From: Octopus vulgaris
Taxonomy: Eukaryota
Assembly: GCA_951406725.2 (NCBI GenBank)
Contig: OX597838.1
Span: 28,210,001-28,274,000 of the forward strand
DNA: 64,000 nt
Direction: 5' to 3'
Part shown: piece by piece, positions 37,986-51,686 of the stretch
Numbering within the stretch: position 1 is the first letter of the stretch
How the letters are laid out: each line of letters opens with the position of its first letter
Notes under the pieces: model-generated
Seen by the model: only the letters and a program-made list of their open reading frames with translations
Database searches by the model: none
Told to the model about the DNA's origin: nothing
Made by a program: the position numbers and the translations under genes

Positions 37986-38976
37986 TAATTAGGAAACAAC
38001 TTAAAACACATGGCAATGGGGTGCCAAAAAACTGGGAGAGAATGGTTAGAAAGGGGTTGGTGCTAGTAGCCTAAAGCTTAATCTTTCTATTTCACTCTCA
38101 GTCACATCTTATTCTTCGTAGCATCTAGCTCCCACCCGTTCTTCTGGAACGTAGAATTTAGAAGGATAAATAAATGAATAAATAAATATAATGAAATAAT
38201 ATGAGAAATATATGAGTAAAAAAACCCCACAAAAGCTACAAATGTATATTTAAATCTTTTGTAAAAAAAAATGCATAATCGGTATAATACTGAAAAAGAT
38301 ATAGCTGTCATGGCACTCCGTCGGTGACCACCACGAGGGTTCCAGTTGAACTGATCAATGGAACAGCCTGCTCGTGAAATTAACGTGCAAGTGGCTGAGT
38401 ACTCCACAGACATGTGTACGCTTAATGTAGTTCTCAAGGAGATTCAGCATGACACAGAAAGTGATGAGGCTGGCCCCTTTGAAATACAGGTACAACAGAA
38501 ACAGGAAGAAAGAGTGAAAGTTGTGATGAAAGAGTACAGTAGCCTTGCTGGAGCCTCGTGGAACTTTAAGTGTTTTCGCTCAATAAACACTCACAATGCT
38601 CAGTCTGGGAATCAAAACCGCGATCCTAGACCCCGAGTCTAATGCCCTAAGCTCTGGGCCAATTGCGCCTCCACAAATACCAAATATATTAATATGAAAA
38701 CAAGTTAAAGAAGGGATCCACTTGCTTATTTCACTGTTTTGTCAGTCACAGAATGTGACAAGGCTGCCCCCTTTGAAATACAGGTACAACAACAGAAACA
38801 GGAAGAAAGAGTGAGAGAAAGTTGTGGTGAAAGAATACATCAGGGTTCGTCACCACCCCCTACTGGAGCCTCATGGAGCTCTAGGTGTTTTCGCTCAATA
38901 AACACTTCCAATGCTTGGTCTGGGAATCGAAACTGCGTTCATATGACTGTGAGGGCTAGTCAGGTGGTACTGGCAA

Positions 38977-39201
38977 CGGCAGAACCGTTAGCACGCCGGG
39001 CGAAATGCGTAGCCGTATTTCGTCTGCCGTTATGTTCTGAGTTCAAATTCTGTCGAGGTCGACTTTGCCTTTCATCCTTTCGGGGTCGATTAAATAAGTA
39101 CCAGTTACGCACTGGGGTCGATGTAATCGATTTAATCCATGTGTCTGTCCTTGTTTGTCCCCTCTGTGTTTAGCCCCTTGTGGGTAATAAAGAAATAGGT
39201 A
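38977..39201 (+). mobile_element. SINE family B inserted in a family C element
   Basis: ggtactggcaac occurs on both sides. Confidence 0.8.
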
Positions 39202-39748
39202 CTGGCAACAGCCACGCTCAAATGGTGCTTTTTATGTGCCACCTGCACAGGAGTCAGTCCAGCAGCACTGGCAACGACCTTGCTTGAATGGTTTTCTTTT
39301 TTGGGGAATAGAAACCATGCTCTTAGGATCATGAGTACAACACACCCAACTAATAGGCCATGAGCCTTCACTGTGTGCATGTGTGTGTGTGTGTGTAGTG
39401 TTTTGTTGAAACTGGAAAAACCTTACAGCTGTTTCTTAGAGTTGCACATAACTGCTCATCAGTCAGTCATTTTCATTCAACAGATTAAAGGTTCGTTTGA
39501 TCAGTTGCCTAATAATTATCAGTGCACCATTTATAAACCTTTATAAACCATCACATTTTTCTAAATATTCATGAAATGTCTGACAACTGGTTTACCTGAA
39601 GCTCTGAATAACAGCTTGTGAAATCTTTTCTGCTTCAGCAAAATACTACTTTACTCTGCCTTTAGCATTTGAGTACTATTTTCTCCAGTATACTTTGCAC
39701 TTATGTACTCATGTGTGTGTATGAGCGTGTGTAAGTATGTATGTGCAC

Positions 39749-39797
<49 letters not shown>

Positions 39798-40442
39798 CAC
39801 ATACATACACAGAGAAACAAAAGAAAGGAATGAAAGAAGAACAAACAAGAAAAACAAACAGAAAAGGAAATGAAAGAATGGAAAAAAAAATTTTACATGA
39901 AAACAAATAAAGAAAGAAAGAAAGAATGAAAGAAAAAAAGAAAGAAACTGTAGTAAATCAACAAAAAATCAGAGGTGACATGTTGATTCAAATAAAACAT
40001 TTTAATGTTTTAAGACAAACATTAAAAAAGAAAGAAAAACCTTATTAAATTTGGAAAACGAAAATAATGAAAAACCTATAACTAAAGAAAATGTGTAAAG
40101 AAAAAAAAAAAGATAATTAAAAAATATTACAGTCTTTTTTAAAATCTTCAGAAAATATTTATTTTTTTGCTTCTTTGTTTGGCAAAATTAACAATTTTAC
40201 AGAAGTTAGCAAAATTTAACCAGCAGAAGAGAATAATGGAGTTTCAGATCAGATTTCTAATATCTGTGTTGTTACATGATTAAAGACAATGCCTACACAC
40301 CAGATGGCATCTTATTTTCCCATTATTACTATGATTCTTCTTATTATTGTTATTATTATTATTACTATTATTCTTCCTCTTATTATTATTATTACTATGA
40401 TTCTTCTTCTTCTTATTATTATTACTATGATTCTTCTTCTTC

Positions 40443-40492
<50 letters not shown>

Positions 40493-41196
40493 GTTGTAAT
40501 TGTTACTATTATGATTAAGTGGTGAGCTGGCAGAATTGTTAGCACGCCAGGCAAAATGCTTGGTGGTATATCATCTGTTTTTACATTCCGAGTTCAAATT
40601 CTGCTGAGGTTCATTTTGCCTTCTATTCTTTTCAGGTTGATAAACCAAATACCAGTCATGTACTGGGGTTGATGAAATCAACTAACCCCTTCCCTCGAAA
40701 TCGCTGGTCTTGACTCAAAATTTGAAACCATTATTTTTATTCTAATATAAGATGGTGAGCTGGCAGAATTTTTAGTACACCGTGGCATATCATCCATCCT
40801 TACATTCCGAGTTCAAATCCCACAGAGGTCAACTTTTTCTTTCATCCTATCAGGGTCAATAAAATGAGAACCAATGAAACACTGGGGTCAATGTATTTGA
40901 CCAGTCCCCTCCCCCATAACTTCAGGCCTTGTGTCTTTAGTAGAAAGGATTATCATTATTATTATTATCATTCCATTCAATATAAGTCCCAACATGTTTT
41001 GTCTGTCTTTGTATTCACTCCTAATCCTTTGCCCAGGTGGCACAAGTTAAAAACTGCAAGGTAAGGGTTGATTTAATTGACTTAATCTCAGTCTCCTTAA
41101 TGATTGCTGACCTTCTGCCAAAATTAGAAAGAGTTATTATCATTATTATTAGAACCCTCTCATACAATTTGAAGTCTTGTACCTGTCATAGAAAGG

Positions 41197-41238
<42 letters not shown>

Positions 41239-41522
41239 TCCAGCCCTTTACATTTGAATTTAAACCTCAACAGAGTCAGCTTTGTGCATCATCCCACAGG
41301 GCTTGATAAAGTACCATTCAAACATCAGGGTCAATGCAGCTGATTAAAGCCCTGTCCATGAAATAGCTGAACTTATACCTTCGAGAAAGAATTATTAATC
41401 ATGACAAATATATTTTGTGTTAATTACATTTTCAGAAAAAAAAAAAAAAACTAAATAAAATTTGTGACTAATTTTGTTTATGTGTTTACCTTTTTTGCTC
41501 CTGTTTTATTTTCCCCCTTTAA

Positions 41523-41742
41523 CCCTTTCGTTACCAACCCGGCTGAAACCGGCTCTGGCTCTGAGTACAAATGTCTTGTTTTCATAAGTTTTGAATTAAA
41601 ATCTTCCACCAAACCATAGTCACAATTTATGTTCCTAACACAAGCTGAATGATAACTTAGTTAGTTTACTAAATTCTTTGTTATATTTAAAGCAATTGAA
41701 AGAAACACAGAGCATCTCAAAATAAATACAGTAACGAAAGGG
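41523..41742. mobile_element. 220-bp piggyBac-type MITE (single intact copy)
   Basis: TTAA on both sides. TIRs ccctttcgttac / gtaacgaaaggg. Confidence 0.88.
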
Positions 41743-42116
41743 TTAACTAATTTTGAAAATCCTTCTCTTCTTTTTGGGTTATATGTTCTAAGCGTGGGTT
41801 GCATGACTTTACAAACTCAGCACTTTTGATGTGTGAAGAATCGCTATTCTTTGCACACAAAATAATAATAAAAAAAAATCTAAAAAAAGTTTATAAATAG
41901 TTTATTAAGAATGTTCTAGTTTCATTGTCTAGATGAGCTGAAATGCATTGTTAGTGATAAGACCTGGAGGAGGGGAGAGGTTTGTCTCATGGTTTATCTC
42001 ACATTTTTTATTTCTCAATACAAGATATTTTCTCAACAAAACGTTGATCAGGTCCAGACTTATCACCCAGCAGCAGATCAGCCACCTGGGTATAATTTAT
42101 AAACAATATAAAAATA

Positions 42117-42516
42117 GGCACAGGTGTGGCTGTGTGGCAAAAAGCTTGCTTCCCAACCACATGGTTCTGGGTTCAGTTCCACTGCATGACCTTGGGCAGG
42201 TGTCTACAATAGCCTCGGGCCAACCAAAGCCTTGTGAGTGGATTTTGGTATTTGGAAACAGAAAGAAGCCCATCATGTGTATGTATGTATGTGCCTGTGC
42301 TTGTCCCCCATCCCATACCATTTGACAACCAGTGTTGGTGTATTTACATCCCCATAACTTAGCAGTTTGGCAAAAGGGACCAATAGAATAAATACTAGAC
42401 TTTGAAAAAAAAAAAAAAGAGTCCTGGGGTTTATTTGTTCAACTAAAACCCTTCAAGCCAGTGCTCCAGCTTGGCCGCAGTCAACTGACTGAAAAAAGCA
42501 AAAGAATAAAAGAATA
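42117..42516 (+). mobile_element. SINE family A (older, diverged)
   Basis: Same head, body and tail order with more substitutions. Confidence 0.78.
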
Positions 42517-42889
42517 TATTCCTTTATAAAAAAAACAAACTCTTTTACCAATTTCAGTCATTCAGATTATGCTGGTGCTGGGGGCACTGGATTTGAGGGG
42601 GTTAGAGTCAGTTCTGTTGACTTCACCCCACCCCCTGCTGCTCAGTATACTCTCTGGTAATTATTTTATTGTCCTCATAAAGGGGGAGATATGTCCCCCA
42701 CCACCTCCATCCCCAAGCAACCTTGGAGTGAAAGAAAGAAACTATGGTGAAACTGAATACCAAGAGCTATTTTTGTTTGAAGTACAGAGTTTTTGGTAAA
42801 TATATATAGATTTACATTCATGTACACACGCACACACACACACACACATGGAGAAGGGGGTACATGGTTGGATGGACAAATATAGAGAG

Positions 42890-43605
42890 AGATAATCAGA
42901 CAAAGATACACAGATAGACAAAGAGATAGACAGACAGACAAGACGGATAGACTGATAGGACAGACAGACAGATAGGACAGACAGATAGACGGACAGAGAT
43001 AGACGAACAGAGAGAGACGGACAGAGATAGACGAACAGAGAGAGATGGACAGAGATAGACGGACAGACATAGACAGGCGGACAGACAGATAGACGGACAG
43101 ACAGACAAATAGATGGACAGACAGACAGATAGACGGACAGACAGACAAATAGATGGACAGACAGACAAATAGATGGACAGACAGACAGATAGACGGGCAG
43201 ACAGACAGACAGACGGACAGGCAGACAGACGGACAGGCAGACAGAGATAGGCAGACAGAGACAGACAGACACAGACAGGCAGACACAGACAGGCAGACAC
43301 AGACAGGCAGACGCAGACAGGCAGACACAGACAGAGATAGTCAGACACAGACAGAGATAGTCAGACACAGACAGAGATAGTCAGACACAGACAGAGATAG
43401 TTAGACACAGACAGAGAAAGGCGGACAGATAGACAGTAATAGACAGACACAGACAGTGACAGACAGACAGTGATAGACGGAGACAGACAGACAGACAGAC
43501 AAACATAGACAAAAGACAGACTGATAGCCAGACAAATAAAACAGACAGACAAGCGGACAGGCAGGCAGATAGACAAGCAGACAAACAAACATATTGATAG
43601 ACAGA
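42890..43605. repeat. (AGAC/AGAT)n compound tetranucleotide repeat
   Basis: Visible directly. Confidence 0.9.
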
Positions 43606-43800
43606 TCTCAATAAACTCCATGTAACCCATACAAACATGGAAAAGTGGACATTAAAACGATAATGATGATGATGATGATGATAATGGCTACATGTGGCAC
43701 AGGCAGTTTCTCCATGTTTACTCGCCGTGCTGTTGTGGAAGTTCTTGCATCATGTATGAGAAGAGTACAAAAGTACACACTGAATGGTGGGAATACATAC

Positions 43801-43943
43801 CTGGTCCATGAAGTCCAGCAAGGAATCTCGGTTGTTCTGCCATTCCGCATCGAGTTGTGCAGAGGGGGGATATTTACAACAAGACACATAGACGGTAATT
43901 TCAAAACAGCCAGCTCTGACGTAGTTATAGTCTTGCATTCCAC
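43801..43943 (-). CDS. CPD: Carboxypeptidase D exon: end of catalytic-type domain of CP repeat 1 (GGMQDYNYVRAGCFEITVYVSCCKYPPSAQLDAEWQNNRDSLLDFMDQ)
   Basis: M14B motif GGMQD.NY...CFEIT...SCCKYP. Acceptor acttcag| (phase 1), donor |gtatgt (phase 0), 143 bp. Confidence 0.92.
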
Positions 43944-43993
43944 CTGAAGTAGACAAACACAACGATTAATTAATAATTTTAATGATAATAATC

Positions 43994-44420
43994 TTTTACG
44001 CTCTTTTACTTGTTTCAGCCATTTGACTGTGCCCATGCTGGAGCACCGCCTTTAGTCGAGCAAATCGACCCCCAGGACTTATTCTTTGTAAGCCTGGTAC
44101 TTTTGCTATCGGTCCTTTTTGCCGAACCGCTAAGTTATGGGGGGGCATACACACACCAGCATTGGTTGTCAAGCGATGTCGGGGGGGACAAACACAGACA
44201 CACATACGTATACACACACACATACGTATACACACACACATACATGTATACATATATACAATGGGCTTCTTTCAGTTTCCGTCTACCAAATCCACTCACA
44301 CGGCTTTGGTCGGCCCGAGGCTACAGTAGAAGACACTTGCCCAAAGTGCCAGGCGGTGGGACAGAACCCGGAACCATGTGGTTCGTAAGCAAGCTACTTA
44401 CCACACAGCCACTCCTATGC
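43994..44420 (-). mobile_element. SINE family A
   Basis: Reverse complement of family A, ending about 50 bp from the exon acceptor at 43943. Confidence 0.85.
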
Positions 44421-46424
44421 AATAATGATGATGATGGGCTAGTGAATTTTCTGTTGAATACTCTAGATTTTCTGGTCAGCTGCTTGACCATAACCAGTTG
44501 AGCCTGTCCCTTAGTAGCTGATGATATGTGCATCTCTGAGCATGAGCAGTAAAAGAGCATCACAGCTATGTGTTGAGAGGAATTCTTTAGGGTTTGAATA
44601 ATTCACCTCTGGAAACACAGGTGTGTCATTCATCACCTTCAAACAGCCCTTATTCAAGGACCTTTTGAGCAGGATGGACTTCTTAACCTGAAGAAAATTC
44701 TAAATGGGTCCCAGCTGCAAGGTCATGTGTTATCTTGATATGAAGTCACCATGTCATACACATGGGATGCATGTGCTTCGTGTACCCTTATCCACTGGGT
44801 AGTCATGATGGGTATATTGGGCTTTGTATATTTGTCCCCCAGTGTCACTTCGATGGCATGCACTGCTCTCTCACTCAATAGACAATAACAACAACAACGA
44901 AAATCCTTTCTTCCATGGGCACAAAACCTGAAATTTCAGTGTTCAACTGGTGCTTACTGTACTGACCCCGAAGGACTAGGCTTACAAAAATAAGTCCTGG
45001 GGTCGATTTGCTTGACTAAAGGTGGTGCTCCAACATGGCCGCAGTCAAATGACAGAAACAAGTAAAAGAGCAAAGAGTAGGAAGAGAAGAAAGAGTACTA
45101 GAAATAGCAGTGAAATCTCAGTTGATATTATATCTCAGCATTTAATAAAGAATAAAAAGAAAAGTAAGAACAGGCTGGAGGATGTATATAGTTCCATAAA
45201 CAGAAAAAAGAAAGACGGCTAATAACAGCTGGGACACATCTCTCTCCTGGGATGTTGACCTGAGATTAAATGACAGCAAGTGCAGCAACAGTGAGCCCCT
45301 GCACAGATGCTCAACTGGCTAGAAACAACAGTCAAATCACCCTCAAATCATAGCCATCGTCATCATTTTAATGTCCGCTTTCCATACTTGCGTGGGTCAG
45401 ACGGAATTTACCATGGCAGTTTTTCTACAGCTGGATGCCCTTCCTGTCACCAACCTTTGCTGGTTTCCAAGCAAGGCAACATTTCTCCATGGTCAGACAT
45501 ATTTTGCAGAATGTTGGAAATGAATGACATTCATTTACAACCATGCAATGTCAAGACAAGGAGACACAAACACTCAGGCACACACACACACACATATAAT
45601 GTGAAGGCACGTGGCTTAGTGGTTAGGGTATTTGGCTCACGATCGTAAGGTCATGAGTTCAATTTCTGGTGATGCGTTGTGTCCTTGAGCAAGACACTTT
45701 ATTTCACATTGCTCCAGTCCTCTCAGCTGGCAAAAATGAGTTGTACCTGAATTTCAAAGGGTCAGCCTTGTCGCACTCTGTGTTGTGCTGAATCTCCCTG
45801 AGAACTACATTAAGGGTACAAGTGCCTGTGGAGTGCTCACCTGAGTGCAACGGAGCAACATGAAATGAAGTGTTTTGCTCAAGAACACAACTTGTCATGT
45901 GGTCCAGGAATCAAAACCACAATCTTATGATCATGAGTCCAACACCCTAACCACTAAGCCATGCGCCTCCACTAAAAAGGTAAAGTTATCTTCTGAAGTC
46001 ATACTGACTAAGGGCCAGTTTTCTGGTTTCCATGGTTTTATATATTCTCCACTTGGATGGGACGCTAGTCCATTGCAGTGCTACTCATTTTCGCCAGCTG
46101 AGTGGACTGGAGTAATTGTGAAACGAAGTGTTTTACTCAAGAACAAAATATGTCGCCCGGTCCAGGAATCGAAACTACAATCTAACGATCATGAGTCCAA
46201 CACCCTAACCACTAAGTCATGTGCCTCCACTACACACAGACATAAACACATGATGGGCTTCTGCACAGTTTCCATCTACCAAATCCACTCGCAAGTCATT
46301 AGTTGATCTGGGGTTACAGTAGAAGACATTTGCCCAAGGTGCCATGCAGTGGGACTGAACCAGAAACCTATTGCCTTCACAAAAATAAAAATGGTAACTA
46401 CAGCCTCTCATATACAAAATGTCA

Positions 46425-46838
46425 ATTTCTTTACTACCCACAAGGGGCTAAACACAAAGAGGACAAACAAGGACAGACAAACGGATTAGGTTAATTATAT
46501 CAACCCCAGTGCGTAACTAGTACTTAATTTATCAACCCCAAAAGGATGAAAGGCAAAGTCGACCTCAGCAGAATTTGAACTCAGAACGTACCGGTAGATG
46601 AAATACCTATTTCTTTACTACCCACAAGGGGCTAAACACAGAGGGGACAAACAAGGACAGACAAAGGGATTAAGTCGATTACATCGACCCCAGTGCGTAA
46701 CTGGTCCTAAATTTATTGACCCCCGAAAGGATGAAAGGCAAAATCGACCTCGGCGGAATTTGAACTCAGAACGTAACGGCAGATGAAATACCGCTAAGCA
46801 TTTCACTCGGCATGCTAACGTTTCTGCCAGCTCGCCGC
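46425..46838 (-). mobile_element. Tandem dimer of SINE family B
   Basis: Two head-to-tail bodies flanked by the direct repeat catatacaaaatgtca. Confidence 0.82.
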
Positions 46839-47481
46839 CATATACAAAATGTCATGATGGTCATGACTGGAGTGCTTTTGATTAATTATATTCCTATTCT
46901 ATTAGAGCTGAGCTGAGGCATCAACAACAACAACAACAGAACTATCGTCTCACTAATACAATATCAGGAAATTACATCAGCCCTTAAAATTACTGTTGGT
47001 CAGAAATCTGTTTGGTTGAGCACTAATGGTTGTAAATGATCACCGGAAACTGTCCATCCACAAGTTATTGGATTTTCTAGTTATTAATGACATAATTAGG
47101 TCACAGACTGGGCTTGATTCGTTATTGGAAAAAACTAACAAACTGCTGTAAACACTGATCACCCAGGCTGACTCACATCGATGCATACATATGGATGCAG
47201 ACACCCGTATGCACAAATAGAGGTGTACCCCTACTTACGTCATTTTGGGTTATGTCTTTATCGATCGTTTTTTTGGGGGGTTTTTTAAAAATTAACATCA
47301 GCTTTGGTCAGTTTATTCGACTTTATGTTGATCTTAGTGAACATATTTAAAAGCACGAAATTTATGGAAAGCCAATAGTGAAGTGGGAAAATCAAATTGA
47401 AAAGATGTACAAATCTTTTACTAAGACAGATAAAACCAAATAAATTTGTGAGGCATCATTAGCAATATAAGTTGAGGTATG

Positions 47482-47526
<45 letters not shown>

Positions 47527-47615
47527 ATGGCATCTTGGGCAAGTGTCTTCTTCTAGGCTGACCAAAGCCTTGTGAGTGGATTTGGTAGATGGAAACTGAA
47601 AGAAATCCCTCGTAT

Positions 47616-47663
<48 letters not shown>

Positions 47664-47696
47664 GGACGGACAGACAAACAGAGACAGACAGACAGA

Positions 47697-47743
<47 letters not shown>

Positions 47744-48229
47744 ATGTGTGTGTGCGTGTGTGTGTATGTGTGCGTGTGGCACATTGGGCAAGTGTCTTCT
47801 ACTATACTTCTTTTTATGGTAATAGAGTAGGCTGTGTTTCTGTGCTAGGAAAATCTGAGAGTGATCATTCAAAACTCAGCAGGGATTTCACTACACTTGT
47901 TTTGTTTTTTTTAGATAATGACTGAAGTATTTTAGTAATGAGATGGTGAAGGACAAAATGTCCATGACTTTTGAAGGGCTCTGAGACTTGTGCAGCAGGA
48001 AGGGTGGCAGAAACCATAGTGAAGGGGTTGCCACTGTAGAGAGTAGATTCTCAAGATATGCTCAGACAAGAGACTTGGTCTGAGCATAACTTGCTTGCAA
48101 CAGAGAGGACTTTGCTAAATGCACAACAGGTAATGGTATTTAAAACTAGGCGACAGAATACTACCCAAATCTACCAACCCACAAAACAGGTAGACACTCC
48201 ATCTCATCGATTTCCAATATTGCCCTACA

Positions 48230-48552
48230 GGCACATGTGCTGGTGGCACATGAAAAACAACATTTGGGTGTGGTCATTGCCAGTGCCACCAGACTGGCTC
48301 CCATGCAGGTAGCACGTAAAAAACACCTTTTGAGCATGGTCGTTCCCAGAACCGCCTGACTGGCCCTCGTGCTGGTGTCATGTAAAAGCACCCACTACAC
48401 TCTCGGAATGGTTGGCGTTAGGAAGGACATCCAGCTGTAGAAACTCTGCCAGATCAGACTGAGCCTGGTGCAGCCTCTGGCTCACCAGTCCTCAGTCAAA
48501 CCGTCCAACTCATGCCAGCATGGAAAACGGACATTAAACGATGATGATGATG
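48230..48552 (+). mobile_element. Retroposon family C
   Basis: ggttggcgttaggaaggacatccagctgtag ... gcatggaaaacggacattaaacgatgatgatg. Confidence 0.75.
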
Positions 48553-49039
48553 AGATTCTGTGTCCCCAATTTGATTCAGAAATCTCAGATGAATGTAAAG
48601 TTTCAGTGAAAAAAAAACCCAAAAAATACTCCAAGCTGTCTCACATTGGAATTGAACCTGAGCAGCCATGTAACAGATTAAGCAACATTGAGCAACAAAA
48701 CATAAGACTGTAAAGTATTTAGTCTACATCTACTCCATTTTTCCCACACTCTCCCCACCCCTACACCAATAAACAACCCACTGAATGTAACTTAAGCTGT
48801 AACAAGCCAACGAGGTGTGTGTAGCCAGCTTTATAAACAACAGCTTGCTAATGATTAAATTCAATCCAGTCCATTATAGTTTATTAGATTTCAGTTAATT
48901 AATCTCCCAAAAGTGACAGCAATACTTATTATAATTATTATTATTATTAGTAGTAGTAGTAGTAGTAGTATTGTCTTTTTTTTTTCAGTGTTCTTGTCTA
49001 GGTTGCTTATCATCACACTGTTGCAAATACTTAACTATA

Positions 49040-49409
49040 GGCGCAGGAGTGGCTGTGTGGTAAGTAGCTTGCTTACCAGCCACATGTTTTCCGGGTTCAG
49101 TCCCACTGCGTGGCTCCTTGGGCAAGTGTCTTCTACTATAGCCTCGGGCCGACCAAACCCTTGTGAGTGGATTTGGTAGACAGAAACTGAAAGAAGCCTG
49201 TCATATATGTGTGTGTGTGTGTGTCTGTCTGTCCCCACAACATTGCTTGACAATCGATGCTTGTGTGTTTACGTCCCCCGTAACTTACCGGTTTGGCAAA
49301 AGAGGCTGATAGAATAAGTACTAGGCTTACAAAGATTAAGTTGAACAAATCAACTAAAGGCGGTGCTCCAGCATGGCTGCAGTCAAATGACTGAAACAAG
49401 TAAAAGAGA
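49040..49409 (+). mobile_element. SINE family A
   Basis: Matches 922-1329. Confidence 0.83.
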
Positions 49410-50176
49410 TACATTCAACAATCCCAAAATAAGAAGACTGTGTGATGTCTCCACCTGCTAGAGATAACAGCTAAATTTTTTTTAAATCTTCCTCCAGTAT
49501 CTTAACCCTTTCATGACCATATTCCTAATGAAGTACACAATTCATATAATTTCAATTAATTTTGAAAATAATTAAGAATTTGGAAAGAATTCATCATCAT
49601 CCTCATCATCGTTTAAGGTCCACTTTCCAAGAACACTGGAGTTGATATAATCAAGTAACCCCTTCCCTTAAAATTGCTGGCCTTGTGCCAAAATTAGAAA
49701 GAATTAATATTAGTATTATGTGTATCACTATTAACCTTCTTGGCAGGCTTCTGTACAGTTTCCTTCCACCCAGTTTCACTCACAAAGAATAGGTCGACCC
49801 GAGACCTCAGGAAATGACATCTGGCTAAGATTCCACACAGTGGGATTGAACTGGTGTCCTCATGGCTGTGATGCAAACTTATTCCTGTACCTCCAGGGCT
49901 ACATCACTGATTACATTATCCAACATGTCTTTTCTCTTTTTATTCTTTCAACTCTTTTAATATCAGCTGTGCTTGGAACTACCTGTACTTCCATGATACA
50001 AAACATCTCATTTCCAAATGTTTATTTGTTAAAATTTTTTTATCATAATTCTATGCTGGAAATATCAACTTGGTAACACAGAAATTATTTCACTGAATCA
50101 GCCTGGTGCAGCCTTCTGGCTTACCAGCCCTCAGTCAAACCGTCCAACCCATGCCAGCATGGTAAGCAGACATTAA

Positions 50177-50396
50177 CCCTTTCGCTACTGTATTTATTTT
50201 GAGATGCTCTGTGTTTCTTTCAATTACTTTAAATGTAACAAAGAATTTAGTAAAATAACTTAGCTATCATTCAGCTAGTATTAGGAGCATAAATTGTGAC
50301 TAAAATTTGGTGGAAGATTTTAATTCAAAACTTATGAAAACAAGACATTTGTATTAAGATCCAGAGCCGATTTCAGCCGGTTTGGTATCGAAAGTG
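50177..50396. mobile_element. Same 220-bp TTAA MITE, inserted into the tail of a SINE
   Basis: Splits gcagacattaa...acaatgatgatg at TTAA. Reverse orientation relative to 41523. Confidence 0.85.
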
Positions 50397-51362
50397 TTAA
50401 ACAATGATGATGATGAGGATAATGAGAATGATGATGACAACGACAACGATGAGGAGGATTCCCTTCCAAATTCTTGATACAGATTTTATCAACTCGAAAC
50501 ATGGAAGGCAAATTCAACCGTGGCAGGATTTGAACCCAGAATTCAAAGAGTGGGAACAAATACAACAAAACATGTGGCTTGATGTCCTTCCAGTTCTGCT
50601 GACTCACCACCTTGGAGTGGTACCTTTTTATTGAACGACCCTCAGAAGATGAAAGGCAAAGTTGGACTGGCTGGATTTGAACTTAGAACGCAAAGACTGG
50701 AGACAACTACCACAAGGCATTCGGTCCCATGCTTTAACAATTCTGCCAATTTGCTGGCAAAGTGATAGGAAGATTGTATTTGAGCTTACATACAAGTGTA
50801 CTTGTGTTTATGTGTGTGAGGAAACGTGTATAGATATCTGTGTGTATCATGTGTATTTGTGAATGTATTTATATGTATTTATATGGAGTTAGGTTTTTTT
50901 CTTAGTTAGTGTTTTGGTGAGAGGTGGGATATTTTGGAACTGAAACCTGATCCGTTTGAGGTTTGCTAATATATATATATATATATATACTCCAGACAAT
51001 ATTACCAGCCAGTGAAGGGAACACAGAAATACACTTCAGAAGAATTCACAGAGTGACTAACAACTAATAGTAGTCACAGACATTAACTACTGATCGATGT
51101 GGCTGGCCATAACGTGGAACTTAGTATCCGTCTGGATGATATATACCTCCAGACTCACATTTATTTATCTATTAATTTATTTATATATTGAGAGAGAGAG
51201 AGAAATAGAGATGATACAGTGATAGGTAGATATAAATAGATATAGAGACAGGGATTGCAAGTACTTGGTAACCCTGTCAGTGCAGGTGCTACTTAAAAGC
51301 ATCCAGTGCACAAGCTTCATCTATTTCTAAGCAAGGTAATATTTTCATGGAAGGTTGGCTGA

Positions 51363-51408
<46 letters not shown>

Positions 51409-51418
51409 AGGACACATG

Positions 51419-51471
<53 letters not shown>

Positions 51472-51643
51472 GGGAAAAATTAGATTTAGGTTTAAATCCA
51501 AACTTACAGGGGAAAAATTAGATTTAGGTTTAAATCCAATTTTACTGTATAAATATATATAATATATATATATATATATAATATTAGGAGTAAATCCAAA
51601 CTTACAGGGAAAAATTAGATTTAGGTTTAAATCAATTTTACTG

Positions 51644-51680
<37 letters not shown>

Positions 51681-51686
<6 letters not shown>

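Noticed and set aside
43888-43890. A-to-I editing restoring the catalytic Glu
   Set aside because: Editing TAT gives TGT (Cys), not Glu.
47229-47260. Strong donor-like ATGAC|GTAAGT on the minus strand as an alternative first exon
   Set aside because: The ATG frame is phase 2 but the next exon needs phase 1, and the phase-1 frame has a stop.
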